Both the position numbers and the translations under genes were made by a program. The notes below the pieces were generated by a model. The model saw nothing but the letters and a program-made list of their open reading frames with translations, was not told the origin of the DNA and ran no database searches. This document shows, in pieces, positions 1 through 10,322 of a stretch of 64,000 bases of DNA. The stretch is from IMG/VR virus record IMGVR_UViG_3300042988_001200. One strand, 5' to 3'. The number at the start of each line of letters is the position of its first letter. Positions within the stretch are counted from its first letter, which is position 1. The DNA is from a virus (taxonomy: Duplodnaviria; Caudoviricetes).

Positions 1-437
1 GGGTCGGTAATCTTAGTACATATGGTAATCCTAATGTTGGTACAGGAGGAAAGGCTCTTCCTTATTACTCTAGTCTTATAATAGAGACTAGAAAGGGAGC
101 TTATACTGAGGATAAATCTATCAAACTAGGTCATCAATGTCATATTAAGATTACAAAAAGTAAACTTTTATCATGTTTACCATTTACAGAGTTTGATTTA
201 CCTCTTAAATACTTTGATTCTAATACAGAAGAAGCAGGTATTGATTTTATAGAGGATTTATTTAAGGTAGCAATTCAATTAGGAGCTATAAGTAAAGCAG
301 GTTCTTACTTTTCCTTTAAAGATAAGAAAGCTCAGGGGACCTCCTCCTTTATTGAATTAATTAAAAGTGATAATCAACTATTTGAATCTATATTTAATAC
401 AACTTTAGAATTATATGCCAAGAAAGAAAGAGATTAA
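1..437 (+). CDS. recA: RecA/UvsX recombinase, C-terminal part (5' truncated by window)
   Basis: Frame +3 translated by hand (absent from ORF track): YGNPNVGTGGKALPYYSSLIIETRK...LGHQCHIKITKSK...ISKAGSYFSFKDKKAQG, ending TAA at 435-437. Matches RecA FGNPETTTGGNALKFY and IEKAGAWYSY. Confidence 0.85.
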   Translation, partial: VGNLSTYGNPNVGTGGKALPYYSSLIIETRKGAYTEDKSIKLGHQCHIKITKSKLLSCLPFTEFDLPLKYFDSNTEEAGIDFIEDLFKVAIQLGAISKAGSYFSFKDKKAQGTSSFIELIKSDNQLFESIFNTTLELYAKKERD

Positions 438-723
438 AAATCTATCAGTACAAGAACTTATAGAAGAGAAACAAAAAGCTATAGCTGTTTTATCCGAACT
501 AAAACAATGGGCTATATCTACTATTAAAGATATAGAATCTATATCTTACCAACTGGGCTTAAGACCAATGGATAGTAACCCTGTTGTTAATAGTTCTTTA
601 TCTATCACTAACCCTTCTTTGGCTCCTTTACCTAATAACTCAGACCTACATGATTACTCTCCTATAAATATAACCACTGAATCTGTACAAATAAAACAAA
701 TATCTATAGAAGATTCTTTATAA
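415..723 (+). CDS. hypothetical protein
   Basis: 102-aa ORF overlapping the recA stop. Confidence 0.5.
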   Translation: MPRKKEIKNLSVQELIEEKQKAIAVLSELKQWAISTIKDIESISYQLGLRPMDSNPVVNSSLSITNPSLAPLPNNSDLHDYSPINITTESVQIKQISIEDSL

Positions 724-1833
724 TGATTTTATATAACTAAGATTAAAATCTAGACCTATATAACTTTGGCTAATATAACCTATATCAGATATTCCACTAA
801 CTATAGGAGCTCTACAATCATCTTCACTGTAGATTTCTATAGTTTTTATTAATTTAGGGGGAATAGGTATTGTACTAGGAGGTCTGTAATTAATAGAAAA
901 TTTAGATAAACTAAAGGGATTGTCTCTTAGAAAAATATCTAGTTTATAAGAGTTACCTATAGTCTCTATAAAAGCATAACCTCCTAGACTTCTAACTAAG
1001 AAATATATGTCTTTCATTAACTTTTCACTCTTTACTTTTATACTTATACCACCCCCATTATGAACATTTATATATCCTCCACTATCTATAATTCCTCTTA
1101 ATATTTCTAATCTATTATTAAAAGAAGTAAATAAGTAACTTTTATGGATATATCTATAACAAGGATTAGAATATAGTAAACCTAAATTCTCTAAATCAAT
1201 GCTTAATTGACTTCTTTTATTTATATTAAATAGACTTCTAAAAGAGTATATTTCTTCCTCTAAAGAACTTGGTTTATCAATTATAAAATGTTGTCTTTCT
1301 CCTACACATCTATTATTCATAGAATTCTTTAGTTCTTCTGTTAGTTTAATTAAAGGTTCCTTCTGTTCTAAGATTCCTTTAATAGTTATTACTCCTATCC
1401 AGTATGGGGGTAAAGAACAAAGATTATTACTTTGTAGTTCAAATGGAAAATCTACAGCTCTTACTTCTAAAGCTCCATTAAAAGAAGTTGTATTAATAGA
1501 ACAAGAGTTATAACAACATACATAATTTAAATCTCTTACATAATAGTCAGACCTTTGTACTACACTTCTTAAGTATTCAATAGATTTAAGTTCATAATTA
1601 TTATTAGAGTTATAGATTCTAGTAGGTAATAGATGAGAGTCTGATACTATAAGCTGAGTCCCATCAGAGAATGTTACTTTATATAAAGGATTAATAGAAT
1701 TAGAAAACTTAGTTATGCTATATGTGGAAGTTCTATTGTTCTGATATATAAGAACTTTATTACTAATAGCCAAATCACTCACTTTATATAAAGAGGAAGG
1801 AGTTAATAAAATAGTATCTTTATAAAAACACAT
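718..1833 (-). mobile_element. free-standing intein-like protein (HINT + LAGLIDADG homing endonuclease)
   Basis: M-C-F start (block A CFYKDTILLT), block B FSDGTQLIVSDSH, LAGLIDADG block LRGIIDSGG, block H KLMKDIYFLVRSLG, block F-like IKTIEIY. Canonical HN terminus absent. Confidence 0.8.
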
Positions 1834-1894
1834 AATAGATATAAATAAGAATTATATCTAGTATAAGTAAATTAAATTATAAGAAAGTAAACAT

Positions 1895-2611
1895 ATGCCT
1901 AGACCTTTAAAGGTATCAGAAAAAGGGGCGCCCTTAACCTGTGCTGAGCATGATGAAAACATAAATAGGTTATTAGATAGAAGTAACCATACTGGCACTC
2001 AATCAGCTAGCACTATACATGATTTAGCTGTATATCTAGCTAACTCCAGTTCCTTATCTGGATTAACCACTCAATTAACTAATCTACAAAGTTTAGTCTC
2101 TTCTTTACAGGATGATGTACTAGCTCCTGGGGGTCATGTAAATTCTTTAATATCTCAATTACAATCAGCTTACACCTCGGCTGATAATCTTATTAATAAT
2201 AGACTTAATAGTTATGAAGCTAGAATCACAGGTCTAGAGACAGGTCATAGTAATCAACAAGGATTAATAGATAATCTTAATCAAAGAGTTAATACTCTAA
2301 CTACTGACACAGCCACTAATACTCAGGCTATTGATGCTTTGGATACTCAAGTATCTACTCTATCTTCCTTATTGGGAGGTAATGATGTCTCTGGAATGAT
2401 AGGGGATATTTCAGCTATTATGGATATACTTCAACCTGTTATAGATGGAGACTCATTTATAGTTCCATCCCCTCCTAATAATAATGATGGTCTTATATTT
2501 GGATGGGACTCTACCTCCTCTACTCCTATATGGAGATTCCCTGATAATATTAATGGAGGAGATTTAGTAGACCCAACAGGTACTGTTAGATTAAACCTAA
2601 GTTCTAATTAA
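1895..2611 (+). CDS. coiled-coil virion fibre protein
   Basis: N-terminal KGAPLTCAEHDEN and DRSNHTGTQSAS motifs typical of phage fibres; long heptad region. Confidence 0.6.
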   Translation: MPRPLKVSEKGAPLTCAEHDENINRLLDRSNHTGTQSASTIHDLAVYLANSSSLSGLTTQLTNLQSLVSSLQDDVLAPGGHVNSLISQLQSAYTSADNLINNRLNSYEARITGLETGHSNQQGLIDNLNQRVNTLTTDTATNTQAIDALDTQVSTLSSLLGGNDVSGMIGDISAIMDILQPVIDGDSFIVPSPPNNNDGLIFGWDSTSSTPIWRFPDNINGGDLVDPTGTVRLNLSSN

Positions 2612-2632
2612 CACTCTTTTATATAAATATAT

Positions 2633-5131
2633 ATGCCAGTTTATTCTTATCAAATGAGACATGGACTACAGGGTGATATCCCTGGAATTCCAGCTCTAGA
2701 CGCTTATGAACCTCTATTCACTACTGATAGTAAACAGCTATGGATTGGTCTACCAGGCGGTAATACGCCTCCTTACACAGGAGCTATAGTTCCTAGATTC
2801 TATGATGCAGACCTTAATACTTCTAGTGGTACAACTGCAGGACCTACTGACCATCTAGGTAGACCAGCTACTACTAAATGGGTACAAGACCTTCTATCAG
2901 CTACCTCTACTACACCCCCAGCAGGTATAGCCTGGAGGACTCAACCTAACACCTTTAGTGATGATAATACATTCCAGAAGTGGCCTACTATAACAGATAC
3001 TCTATTACCTGTTACTGACTCATCTACTAAGGTTCCTACTACTCAATGGGTTAAGAATGCTATTACAAGTGCTATAGGTACTGTTGGTAATGTAGCTTAT
3101 AGAGACCAGAATAATACCTTCTCTTTAATTAATACCTTTAACTCCACAGCTCTATTTAATGGAGCTTCTACTTTTAATGGTCCTTTAGTCTCTACTTCTA
3201 CTGTTGACCTAACTAATGCTATATGGACTAAGGTTAAGACTATACCCACTAGCACTATCCCAGCAGAGGATGCAGCTTCTACTTTATATGTATGGAACTC
3301 CCATACTGATGATTCTAAACTTAAGAAGGCGACTACTCCACCAGCTAGTAGTAATGATACTCATATAGCTACTACTGAATGGGTAAGGGCTAATGTATCA
3401 GGTTCTAACCTATTAACCTCTAATAACACTTGGACAGGTACTAATACTTATGACAATCTAGTAACCTTTAACCAAGTTCCTTTATCAGTAGAACCTCCTT
3501 TATCAGATAATTCTAATAAAGTACCTACTACCTCCTGGGTAAGAAATACTATTAACTCTTTAGCTACTGGAGGGGCCCCTGTTCTAACTAAGAGTTTGAT
3601 TAGTAATGAATATAACACCCTTCTATGGAGTTCTGGAACTGTATCTATAGGTGGAGTTAATTATCCAGTAACTGCTGGTAGTTATGCCTTTACAGCAGCT
3701 TCTACAGCTACTACTACTGGTACTACTTATTATGTAAAAGCTAGTCTATCCGGGGGTACAGTCTCAGTACCAGCTCCTACTACCTCTCCTACAATATCAG
3801 CTACAGAGGTGTTACTAGGCTCTTTAACCTTAGTAGATGTAACAGCTTCTCCCCCAGTAGCAGGTGGTCCAGTAAGGGAGATTAATGGAGTTATTAATAG
3901 TCCCCCTAACTATGCTAGAAGAGATTTAGATAATGTATTTACAGCAGGTAATACATTTAATGGTACTAATGTACTAGCAGGACCTACTACAGCTTCTTAT
4001 TCTATCCCTTCAACTAGTAATGATACAACTGTTCCTACTACAGCCTGGGTTAAATCAGCTCTAAGTAATGTAGGTAACTCCTTCTTCCAATTAGATGGTA
4101 GTAGTAATTTAGTTCCTATCCCTGGTTCATTCACTGGTTGTGTTGATTTAAGTAGTGTATGTGTGAAAGCTAGGACCCCTATTGACCCCTCATCTAGTGA
4201 TGATTCAGTAGCTACTACAGCCTGGGTACAAGCTGTATTATCTAATCAACCAGTTAATCCAGTAGTATCTCTAGTAGGAACTCCCTCTAGTACCAGCTTC
4301 CAAGTTACATGGACTTCTGGTTCTGTTGCTCTACCTTCTGGACTTAATTGTGCTGGAGCTAATTGTGATGCTGGAGCTGGTCCCGGAGGTACAGATTTAT
4401 GTAATGTTAGTCCCCCTACTTCACCGGTTACAGTAGCTATGCCTGCTCCTGGTACATCCATTAGAAGGTATTTCTATGTAGCTTATGGAGATTGTCAGGT
4501 TCTTAATGATACAGTGGCACCAGACCCAGATACAGTAGGTAAGGTTATAGCTATAGCTGATGTTAATAATACTAGTCCCTCTTCTGTAGTAATCACTCCT
4601 ATACAATCAGGTGGATGGGCTCCTATAGATAGTCCTTTCTTTACTGGCAATCCCCAGGCTCCTACTCCAGCTACAGGAGATTGTGATAACTCTATAGCTA
4701 CCACTGAGTTTGTATGTGAGATGGTTAATAATCTATTAACAGCTCCTTGCTCTGGAACTATAACATATCCTGATATTATTCAAGTAGGTAATCCCTCTTT
4801 ACTTATCAATGTAACTAGTGGACAGGTTCCTAAACCCGGAACTAGTGCGGGTAACTGTGTTGTAGTACCATTATCAGCTCCAGTAGCTGTAGTAGCCAAC
4901 TCCACTGAGTATTGTTGGATAAGATTCTCTGATTGTAAATTAGTAGCCTCTACTCAACCTCCAGCTTCTAATATTGGTTTCCTATTAGCAACTGTAGTTA
5001 CTAATGCTACTAATATTGTTTCTATAACTAAAGCAGCTAATACAGTAGTGGAAACTAAAATATCTACTTGTTATAAGGTAGGATTTGGTGGGAGACTTAT
5101 ATATGTTCCAGGTCCTAATTGTTGTGTTTAA
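2633..5131 (+). CDS. tail fibre protein with repeated D(S/N)xxxATTxWV/FV motifs
   Basis: About 8 copies of the tail-fibre repeat (e.g. DNSNKVPTTSWV, SNDTHIATTEWV, DCDNSIATTEFV); Thr/Ser/Pro-rich. Confidence 0.8.
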   Translation: MPVYSYQMRHGLQGDIPGIPALDAYEPLFTTDSKQLWIGLPGGNTPPYTGAIVPRFYDADLNTSSGTTAGPTDHLGRPATTKWVQDLLSATSTTPPAGIAWRTQPNTFSDDNTFQKWPTITDTLLPVTDSSTKVPTTQWVKNAITSAIGTVGNVAYRDQNNTFSLINTFNSTALFNGASTFNGPLVSTSTVDLTNAIWTKVKTIPTSTIPAEDAASTLYVWNSHTDDSKLKKATTPPASSNDTHIATTEWVRANVSGSNLLTSNNTWTGTNTYDNLVTFNQVPLSVEPPLSDNSNKVPTTSWVRNTINSLATGGAPVLTKSLISNEYNTLLWSSGTVSIGGVNYPVTAGSYAFTAASTATTTGTTYYVKASLSGGTVSVPAPTTSPTISATEVLLGSLTLVDVTASPPVAGGPVREINGVINSPPNYARRDLDNVFTAGNTFNGTNVLAGPTTASYSIPSTSNDTTVPTTAWVKSALSNVGNSFFQLDGSSNLVPIPGSFTGCVDLSSVCVKARTPIDPSSSDDSVATTAWVQAVLSNQPVNPVVSLVGTPSSTSFQVTWTSGSVALPSGLNCAGANCDAGAGPGGTDLCNVSPPTSPVTVAMPAPGTSIRRYFYVAYGDCQVLNDTVAPDPDTVGKVIAIADVNNTSPSSVVITPIQSGGWAPIDSPFFTGNPQAPTPATGDCDNSIATTEFVCEMVNNLLTAPCSGTITYPDIIQVGNPSLLINVTSGQVPKPGTSAGNCVVVPLSAPVAVVANSTEYCWIRFSDCKLVASTQPPASNIGFLLATVVTNATNIVSITKAANTVVETKISTCYKVGFGGRLIYVPGPNCCV

Positions 5132-5170
5132 TGGTAATAGATATAGTTCTTTTTTTTATTGTAATTTAAT

Positions 5171-6202
5171 ATGAGTAATTTCCCCTCTCAGGCTCCCCCT
5201 AATCAATATAATGCTATAACTGGTGAAACTTATAAGTTTCAATCAGCTACTTTAGAAGCAGACCACCCACCTATTAATGATAGTAGTAATAAAGTAGCTA
5301 CTACTGGATGGATACAGAGCTTAATATCTGGAATTCCAATGTGGCCTACTACTTCAGATGCTACAGGAGGTACTGGTCTCCTTATTACTGTTAGTGATGG
5401 TGTAGTTAATAACTTATCAGGGGGCGCTTGTAATATTTCAGCTTCTGTAGCTCCTATAGCTGTTAATGCTAACTCTCAGGAGTATGTCTATGTTAGATTT
5501 AGTGATTGTCAAATTGTTGTATCCACAACACTTCCAAATCCTTCTATAGGTTATGTTATTTCATTGGTTACTACTAATGCTAATAAAATAATAAGTATAA
5601 TTAATTATTCTTCTATTAATTCATTTGCATCTACTATAAGCCCTATATTTACTGGTAATCCACAGGCTCCTACCCCTCCTCTCGGAGACTGTGATAACTC
5701 TATAGCTACTACAGAGTTTGTATGTCAGGCTATACAAGAATTCACTTCTAGTAGTCCTACTTTTACTGGAGACCCTAAAGCTCCTACAGCTCCCCCAGGT
5801 GATTGTGATAACTCTATAGCTACTACAGAATTTGTATGTCAAGCTATATCAAACCTCACCAATCAAATCTCTTATCCTCAGATAATAGATAAAGGGGGAT
5901 TAAATATAAATGTGACTGCTGGGGAGGTTCCTAAACCAGGGGGTTCTATGTGTAATATTACACCTCTACCCTCGGATTTAGGTATTAACCCTTCAACTAT
6001 TGAATACATTTATGTTAGATATAGTGATTGTAGAGTGGTAGCTAGTACATCTCAACCCCTTAATACAGTAGGTTTTATTCTAGGGACTATAGCAACAAAT
6101 GCTACTTCTATTACTCAAATAAGTCAACATGCACCCACTCTCCAATCCTCTTTACTCTCTAAGTTTAAAGTAGGTTTTGGAGGTAATCTAATAATGATTT
6201 AA
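5171..6202 (+). CDS. tail fibre protein, paralogue of the 2633-5131 C-terminal half
   Basis: Shares SPxFTGNPQAPT-GDCDNSIATTEFVC repeats, YxxVRFSDC modules and the C-terminal KVGFGG motif. Confidence 0.75.
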   Translation: MSNFPSQAPPNQYNAITGETYKFQSATLEADHPPINDSSNKVATTGWIQSLISGIPMWPTTSDATGGTGLLITVSDGVVNNLSGGACNISASVAPIAVNANSQEYVYVRFSDCQIVVSTTLPNPSIGYVISLVTTNANKIISIINYSSINSFASTISPIFTGNPQAPTPPLGDCDNSIATTEFVCQAIQEFTSSSPTFTGDPKAPTAPPGDCDNSIATTEFVCQAISNLTNQISYPQIIDKGGLNINVTAGEVPKPGGSMCNITPLPSDLGINPSTIEYIYVRYSDCRVVASTSQPLNTVGFILGTIATNATSITQISQHAPTLQSSLLSKFKVGFGGNLIMI

Positions 6203-6209
6203 TTACTAT

Positions 6210-7337
6210 ATGAGTAAAGAAATATGGCCTATAGTTGTTCAATCTGGGGATTTAGGCGTTGTATCTACAGAAGGTAGATTAAATCCTACTATAGAAGTTC
6301 CTTCTAATATCTATCCTCTAGCTCTAAAGGAAGGGACCTCCTCCTCTAATAATATTGAATATTTATATATAAGATTCTCTGATGGTAAACTTGTAGCTTC
6401 TTCCTATGAACCTGATACTAATGCTGGTAAGGTTGTAGCTATAGCTGAGACTGATACTGATTCTATTGTTAGGATTACTAGTACAGAACCCTCTTTTGAA
6501 TTAGAACCAGAAGTAAAGGTCCTGGCCTTATGTGATACTGTATACAATAGACAAGTAGCTACTCAAGGGTGGGTTAGAAATGAGATAGGCAAGTATATAG
6601 ATAAGAACACACTATTCCCTCAATTACTAAGTTATGATGGATTATATGATAACCAATTAGCTACTACTGAATGGGTTAGAAGTGAGATTATTAAGTTCCT
6701 GGGTTATACCTTTACTGTAATAATTGATACCCCATCTTCCTTATTTTGGAATGAAGGGGAGGTTATTATTAACAATCAACCTTATATAGTACCTCAAGGA
6801 ACCCACTCCTTTGATTTATCCTATAATGGAACCTACTATATTTATGTAACTCTAGACTCTAATACTGTGTCAGTAGAGATAACTTCAGACCCAGAACCAT
6901 CATTTGTTGGTACTAGAATAGGGACTTTAGTTATTAATTTAGGGGTAATTCATTCCTACCAAACTCATCCTAAAGAGGTGCAATCCCCCCCAGTTATACC
7001 TTTAGGGGACTGTAGTTCTACTAATATGACTACTGAATGGATGATTAATACTTGGTTTAGAATGGCATTTGGTATAGAATCTCCTTTAATATCAGTCTCA
7101 GATTATAAGACTATTCTTCATTGGAATAATGGTAGAGTTAGATATCAGGCTTATAGTCAACTAATTAATAGTGGTAGTGCTAATGTAGTTACCTTAGCTG
7201 ATGGAGTTTATAAACTAGTAAGTAGATTAAATGAAACAAACCTATTCTTAGTATCTAATAAACAATATAATGAAATAGAACTAGCTTCTATCATTATAGA
7301 AAATCAACAATTGAAATCAATTTATCCAATAATATAA
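6210..7337 (+). CDS. tail fibre-related protein, divergent paralogue
   Basis: YLYIRFSDGKLVAS module and three ATxxW repeats. Confidence 0.65.
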   Translation: MSKEIWPIVVQSGDLGVVSTEGRLNPTIEVPSNIYPLALKEGTSSSNNIEYLYIRFSDGKLVASSYEPDTNAGKVVAIAETDTDSIVRITSTEPSFELEPEVKVLALCDTVYNRQVATQGWVRNEIGKYIDKNTLFPQLLSYDGLYDNQLATTEWVRSEIIKFLGYTFTVIIDTPSSLFWNEGEVIINNQPYIVPQGTHSFDLSYNGTYYIYVTLDSNTVSVEITSDPEPSFVGTRIGTLVINLGVIHSYQTHPKEVQSPPVIPLGDCSSTNMTTEWMINTWFRMAFGIESPLISVSDYKTILHWNNGRVRYQAYSQLINSGSANVVTLADGVYKLVSRLNETNLFLVSNKQYNEIELASIIIENQQLKSIYPII

Positions 7338-7346
7338 TAAATATTT

Positions 7347-9659
7347 ATGCCTTTTCCTATTCCTAATACTGATGAACTTGATTGGTCTATTCCTTTAAAG
7401 AATCATTTAGGACAACTAAATGACCCTGATACTGGGGGTTTTAATGTATGGACTATTACTACTAGACCAACTAATTTAAGCTCTGATAATGTAAATTACA
7501 CAGGGTTTAATTCTCAAACTGGTAAATTTGAGAGATGGGATGGAAGTAAATGGGAAGAGTTTTCTACTCTTTCTTCCTATCCAGATAATTTATTTAGAAC
7601 TGGTACAGGTACTGTTACAGTTAATGATTATATAGTTACAGGTACTGGCACTCTCTTTACTACTGAACTAAAACCTGGGTGTTCTATTGTTATAAATACT
7701 CATAAAAGAATAGTAGCTAAAATAAACTCTAATACTGAATTAGAAATAAACCAACCTATTCTTTTTAATACTATAACTGCTACTTCTACTATTACTACAG
7801 ATGGAGTAAAAATAACTTCTTCAGCTTTACCTTCTATAACTGTTGGTTCCTTTTTAATTATTAGAAATCAATATGTTCAACTAATTAGTAAAAATGGAAC
7901 TACAGGGATTATAAGTCAACCTTTAGTACAGGCTGGGGCTGTTGGAGTAAATCCAATATTAAATGTAGTAAATGAGTCTTTCTCTTATATTTCTGTTTCT
8001 ACTAACACCCCCCAAACCTTTAAATATGATTTACCTATTCTTTCTTTAAAAGGAAGTAATACTAGCGTTACTAGTTCAGATAGAGGTAACTTATCAATTG
8101 GTACTCCTTTATCCTCTAATTTATTAGAGATAAACCAACCTATATTTGTAGCAGGAACTGGTACAATAACTTCCCAGCATTGTTTATTAAGCGGAGTTGG
8201 TACTCAATTTCTTACTCAATTAAATGTAGGAGATACTATCTATACAACTATAAATACTGATGTTCAACCTCTTTATTCTTCAACTCTTAAATACACTAAT
8301 AGAGGGGTTGTAACAGCTTCTTCTATAGTAGTTTCTGTTATTAATAATACTTCTTGTATTATATCTAGACCTTTTAATGCTCATGTACCCTTAGCCACTT
8401 CTAGTTTCTTTATAAAAAAAAGAAATGCTAGTTTTACTATTTGGGACTCTGAAATTGGTTTAAACTCTTCTACAGAGGAACTTTTACCTATAGGAGAAGA
8501 CGCCTCTATAGAGGATTTTACTTCTTCTATAAGGGGTAGAACGGCTCTAGTAGAATTAAATAATACTACATACACTCCCGCTAGAACTTTTTTTATTACA
8601 GACTCTAGTAAGGATTTAGGTGAACAAATAAGAGCATATCTATTACTATATCCCTCAGTAAATATTATCCTTCTTAAGGATACTACTTATACTTGGAATA
8701 CCCAAGTAACTGTAAGTCAAAGCCAAAGTTTAGTTATTAGAACCCAAGATTATTCTAATGGATGGACTCCTACTAATGCAGCTACTATTAATATGAATAG
8801 AAATAGCACTATGGAGTATGTTCTTGGGGGTTCATATCCAGGAACAAGAAAAGTAGTAAGGAAATTAAATTTAGAAGGACCCTGTTATCTACTAGGAGTA
8901 AAAATAAATGAGTCCTCTAATGATAGTATGGCTGTGGGATTCTATACTGGAGACAATGCCATTATTAGTATTGGTAATGGTGGTAGTTTATTTATTAATG
9001 GTTTATCTATTTCCAGTACACAAACTATTATTAATTTCTACTCTAGAAATGAACCAGGGAGTGTTTATATTCTCTGGTCTACTATTGATAAATCCTTACT
9101 AGCTTCTTCTGATATATATGCTGTTGATAGCTATACTGGGTGGAGCGGCTTTAACCTAGGAGGTTCTTATACAGAAGGTACTTCTTTAAGAATTGGTACA
9201 GGATTAGCTGGAGGTACTACTGGAGGTGTCCTATTTAGAGATGCTTCTAATATTATTTATAATAATGTTAGACCTCTTATTACTAAAACAGGTTCATTTG
9301 GTATAGGAATAACTCCTACACAAAGATTACATGTTAATGGTAATGCTCTTATTAGTGGTACTGTTACTTCTGGTTCTGATATTAGATGGAAAGAAAATAT
9401 TAAGGAGATAAACAGTGCTATAGAAGAAATTAATAAAATTAAGACTTATACTTTTAATTGGAAAGATAAAGAGAATAAAGGGAAGGAACTACAAGCTGGA
9501 GTGATAGCTCAAGAGCTAGAGAATACAGCTTTATCCCATCTAGTTTTAGAAGATAACGAAGGATATAAAAGTGTGTCTTATACTGGTATAATTGCTTATT
9601 TAGTTCAAGCTATTAAGGAACTAAATGAAAAACTAACAAACCTAGAGAATAATAAATAA
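7347..9659 (+). CDS. tail fibre/spike with C-terminal peptidase S74 intramolecular chaperone
   Basis: GTGT...GTLFTTEL repeats; C-terminal SDIRWKENIKEI...GVIAQELE...VSYTGIIAYLVQAIKEL. Confidence 0.85.
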   Translation: MPFPIPNTDELDWSIPLKNHLGQLNDPDTGGFNVWTITTRPTNLSSDNVNYTGFNSQTGKFERWDGSKWEEFSTLSSYPDNLFRTGTGTVTVNDYIVTGTGTLFTTELKPGCSIVINTHKRIVAKINSNTELEINQPILFNTITATSTITTDGVKITSSALPSITVGSFLIIRNQYVQLISKNGTTGIISQPLVQAGAVGVNPILNVVNESFSYISVSTNTPQTFKYDLPILSLKGSNTSVTSSDRGNLSIGTPLSSNLLEINQPIFVAGTGTITSQHCLLSGVGTQFLTQLNVGDTIYTTINTDVQPLYSSTLKYTNRGVVTASSIVVSVINNTSCIISRPFNAHVPLATSSFFIKKRNASFTIWDSEIGLNSSTEELLPIGEDASIEDFTSSIRGRTALVELNNTTYTPARTFFITDSSKDLGEQIRAYLLLYPSVNIILLKDTTYTWNTQVTVSQSQSLVIRTQDYSNGWTPTNAATINMNRNSTMEYVLGGSYPGTRKVVRKLNLEGPCYLLGVKINESSNDSMAVGFYTGDNAIISIGNGGSLFINGLSISSTQTIINFYSRNEPGSVYILWSTIDKSLLASSDIYAVDSYTGWSGFNLGGSYTEGTSLRIGTGLAGGTTGGVLFRDASNIIYNNVRPLITKTGSFGIGITPTQRLHVNGNALISGTVTSGSDIRWKENIKEINSAIEEINKIKTYTFNWKDKENKGKELQAGVIAQELENTALSHLVLEDNEGYKSVSYTGIIAYLVQAIKELNEKLTNLENNK

Positions 9660-10003
9660 TGAAGAAAAATATTAAAGATATATCTGAATTTGGTAATATC
9701 CTAGAATTTCTTAATTCCTTACAAGTAGAAAGTTTCTTTTATGAAAAGGAAGAAGTAAAGGGTTATACTCCTACTCATATGACTAAGGAACTACAAAATT
9801 TAGAAGATAAAAGTTCTAAGTATGTGGAAACTCCTAAAGGAATACAATTACAGATTTCTCCCTCTGAAACTTTGTATCCAGAACTTATGACTACAGACTT
9901 TAATGAGGAACCAACTGTTAGATTAGATTTGATGATACCTCTTCTTCTTCAGGGTATAAAAGAGTTAAATACTAAATTATCTACCTTAAATAAAAATGAG
10001 TAA
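9659..10003 (+). CDS. stand-alone S74-like fibre chaperone
   Basis: KKNIKDI...LEFLNSLQVESFFY...MIPLLLQGIKELNTKL; TAATG coupling to the upstream gene. Confidence 0.6.
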   Translation: MKKNIKDISEFGNILEFLNSLQVESFFYEKEEVKGYTPTHMTKELQNLEDKSSKYVETPKGIQLQISPSETLYPELMTTDFNEEPTVRLDLMIPLLLQGIKELNTKLSTLNKNE

Positions 10004-10229
10004 ACAAAAATCATCTATAAATGAAATCCTTGAGTTAAACTCTGGTCTATTTTTAAACCCCAATACTTTTCAAATGATAGAGAGTGTAAAAGATAGAGAC
10101 TTGGAAAGTATATTCTCTATAATTGAGAAACCTTCAAACTGGAAGGAGTTATCGTCTAGAGAAAAGGTTATTTATATTTCAAGAGGAAACAATGGATCTT
10201 ATCTAAGAGAAAGATTATTAAATGAATAA
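9996..10229 (+). CDS. hypothetical protein
   Basis: 77-aa ORF coupled to the upstream gene. Confidence 0.45.
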   Translation: MSKQKSSINEILELNSGLFLNPNTFQMIESVKDRDLESIFSIIEKPSNWKELSSREKVIYISRGNNGSYLRERLLNE

Positions 10230-10253
10230 TAATTCTACTTAATATCTTTTTAT

Positions 10254-10315
10254 TAGATAAAAAGAAATACTCTAGAAGGAAACATGATAAAACCTTCTAG
10301 AGTATTCTTTTATCT
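10254..10315. terminator. bidirectional terminator between convergent gene blocks
   Basis: AATACTCTAGAAGG (10266-10279) / CCTTCTAGAGTATT (10293-10306); stem extends through flanking A/T tracts. Confidence 0.75.
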
Positions 10316-10322
10316 ATTCTAT

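Noticed and set aside
4640-5839. Fibre DNA repeats as a diversity-generating retroelement TR/VR pair or shufflon
   Set aside because: Differences are mostly synonymous and not adenine-specific; no reverse transcriptase or invertase in the window.
4246-5842. Antisense and alternate-frame ORFs inside fibre genes (4246-4461, 4421-4606, 4495-4704, 5621-5842), plus similar ones at 8381, 44385, 49223, 50012
   Set aside because: Shadow ORFs arising from biased codon usage in long genes; no motifs.
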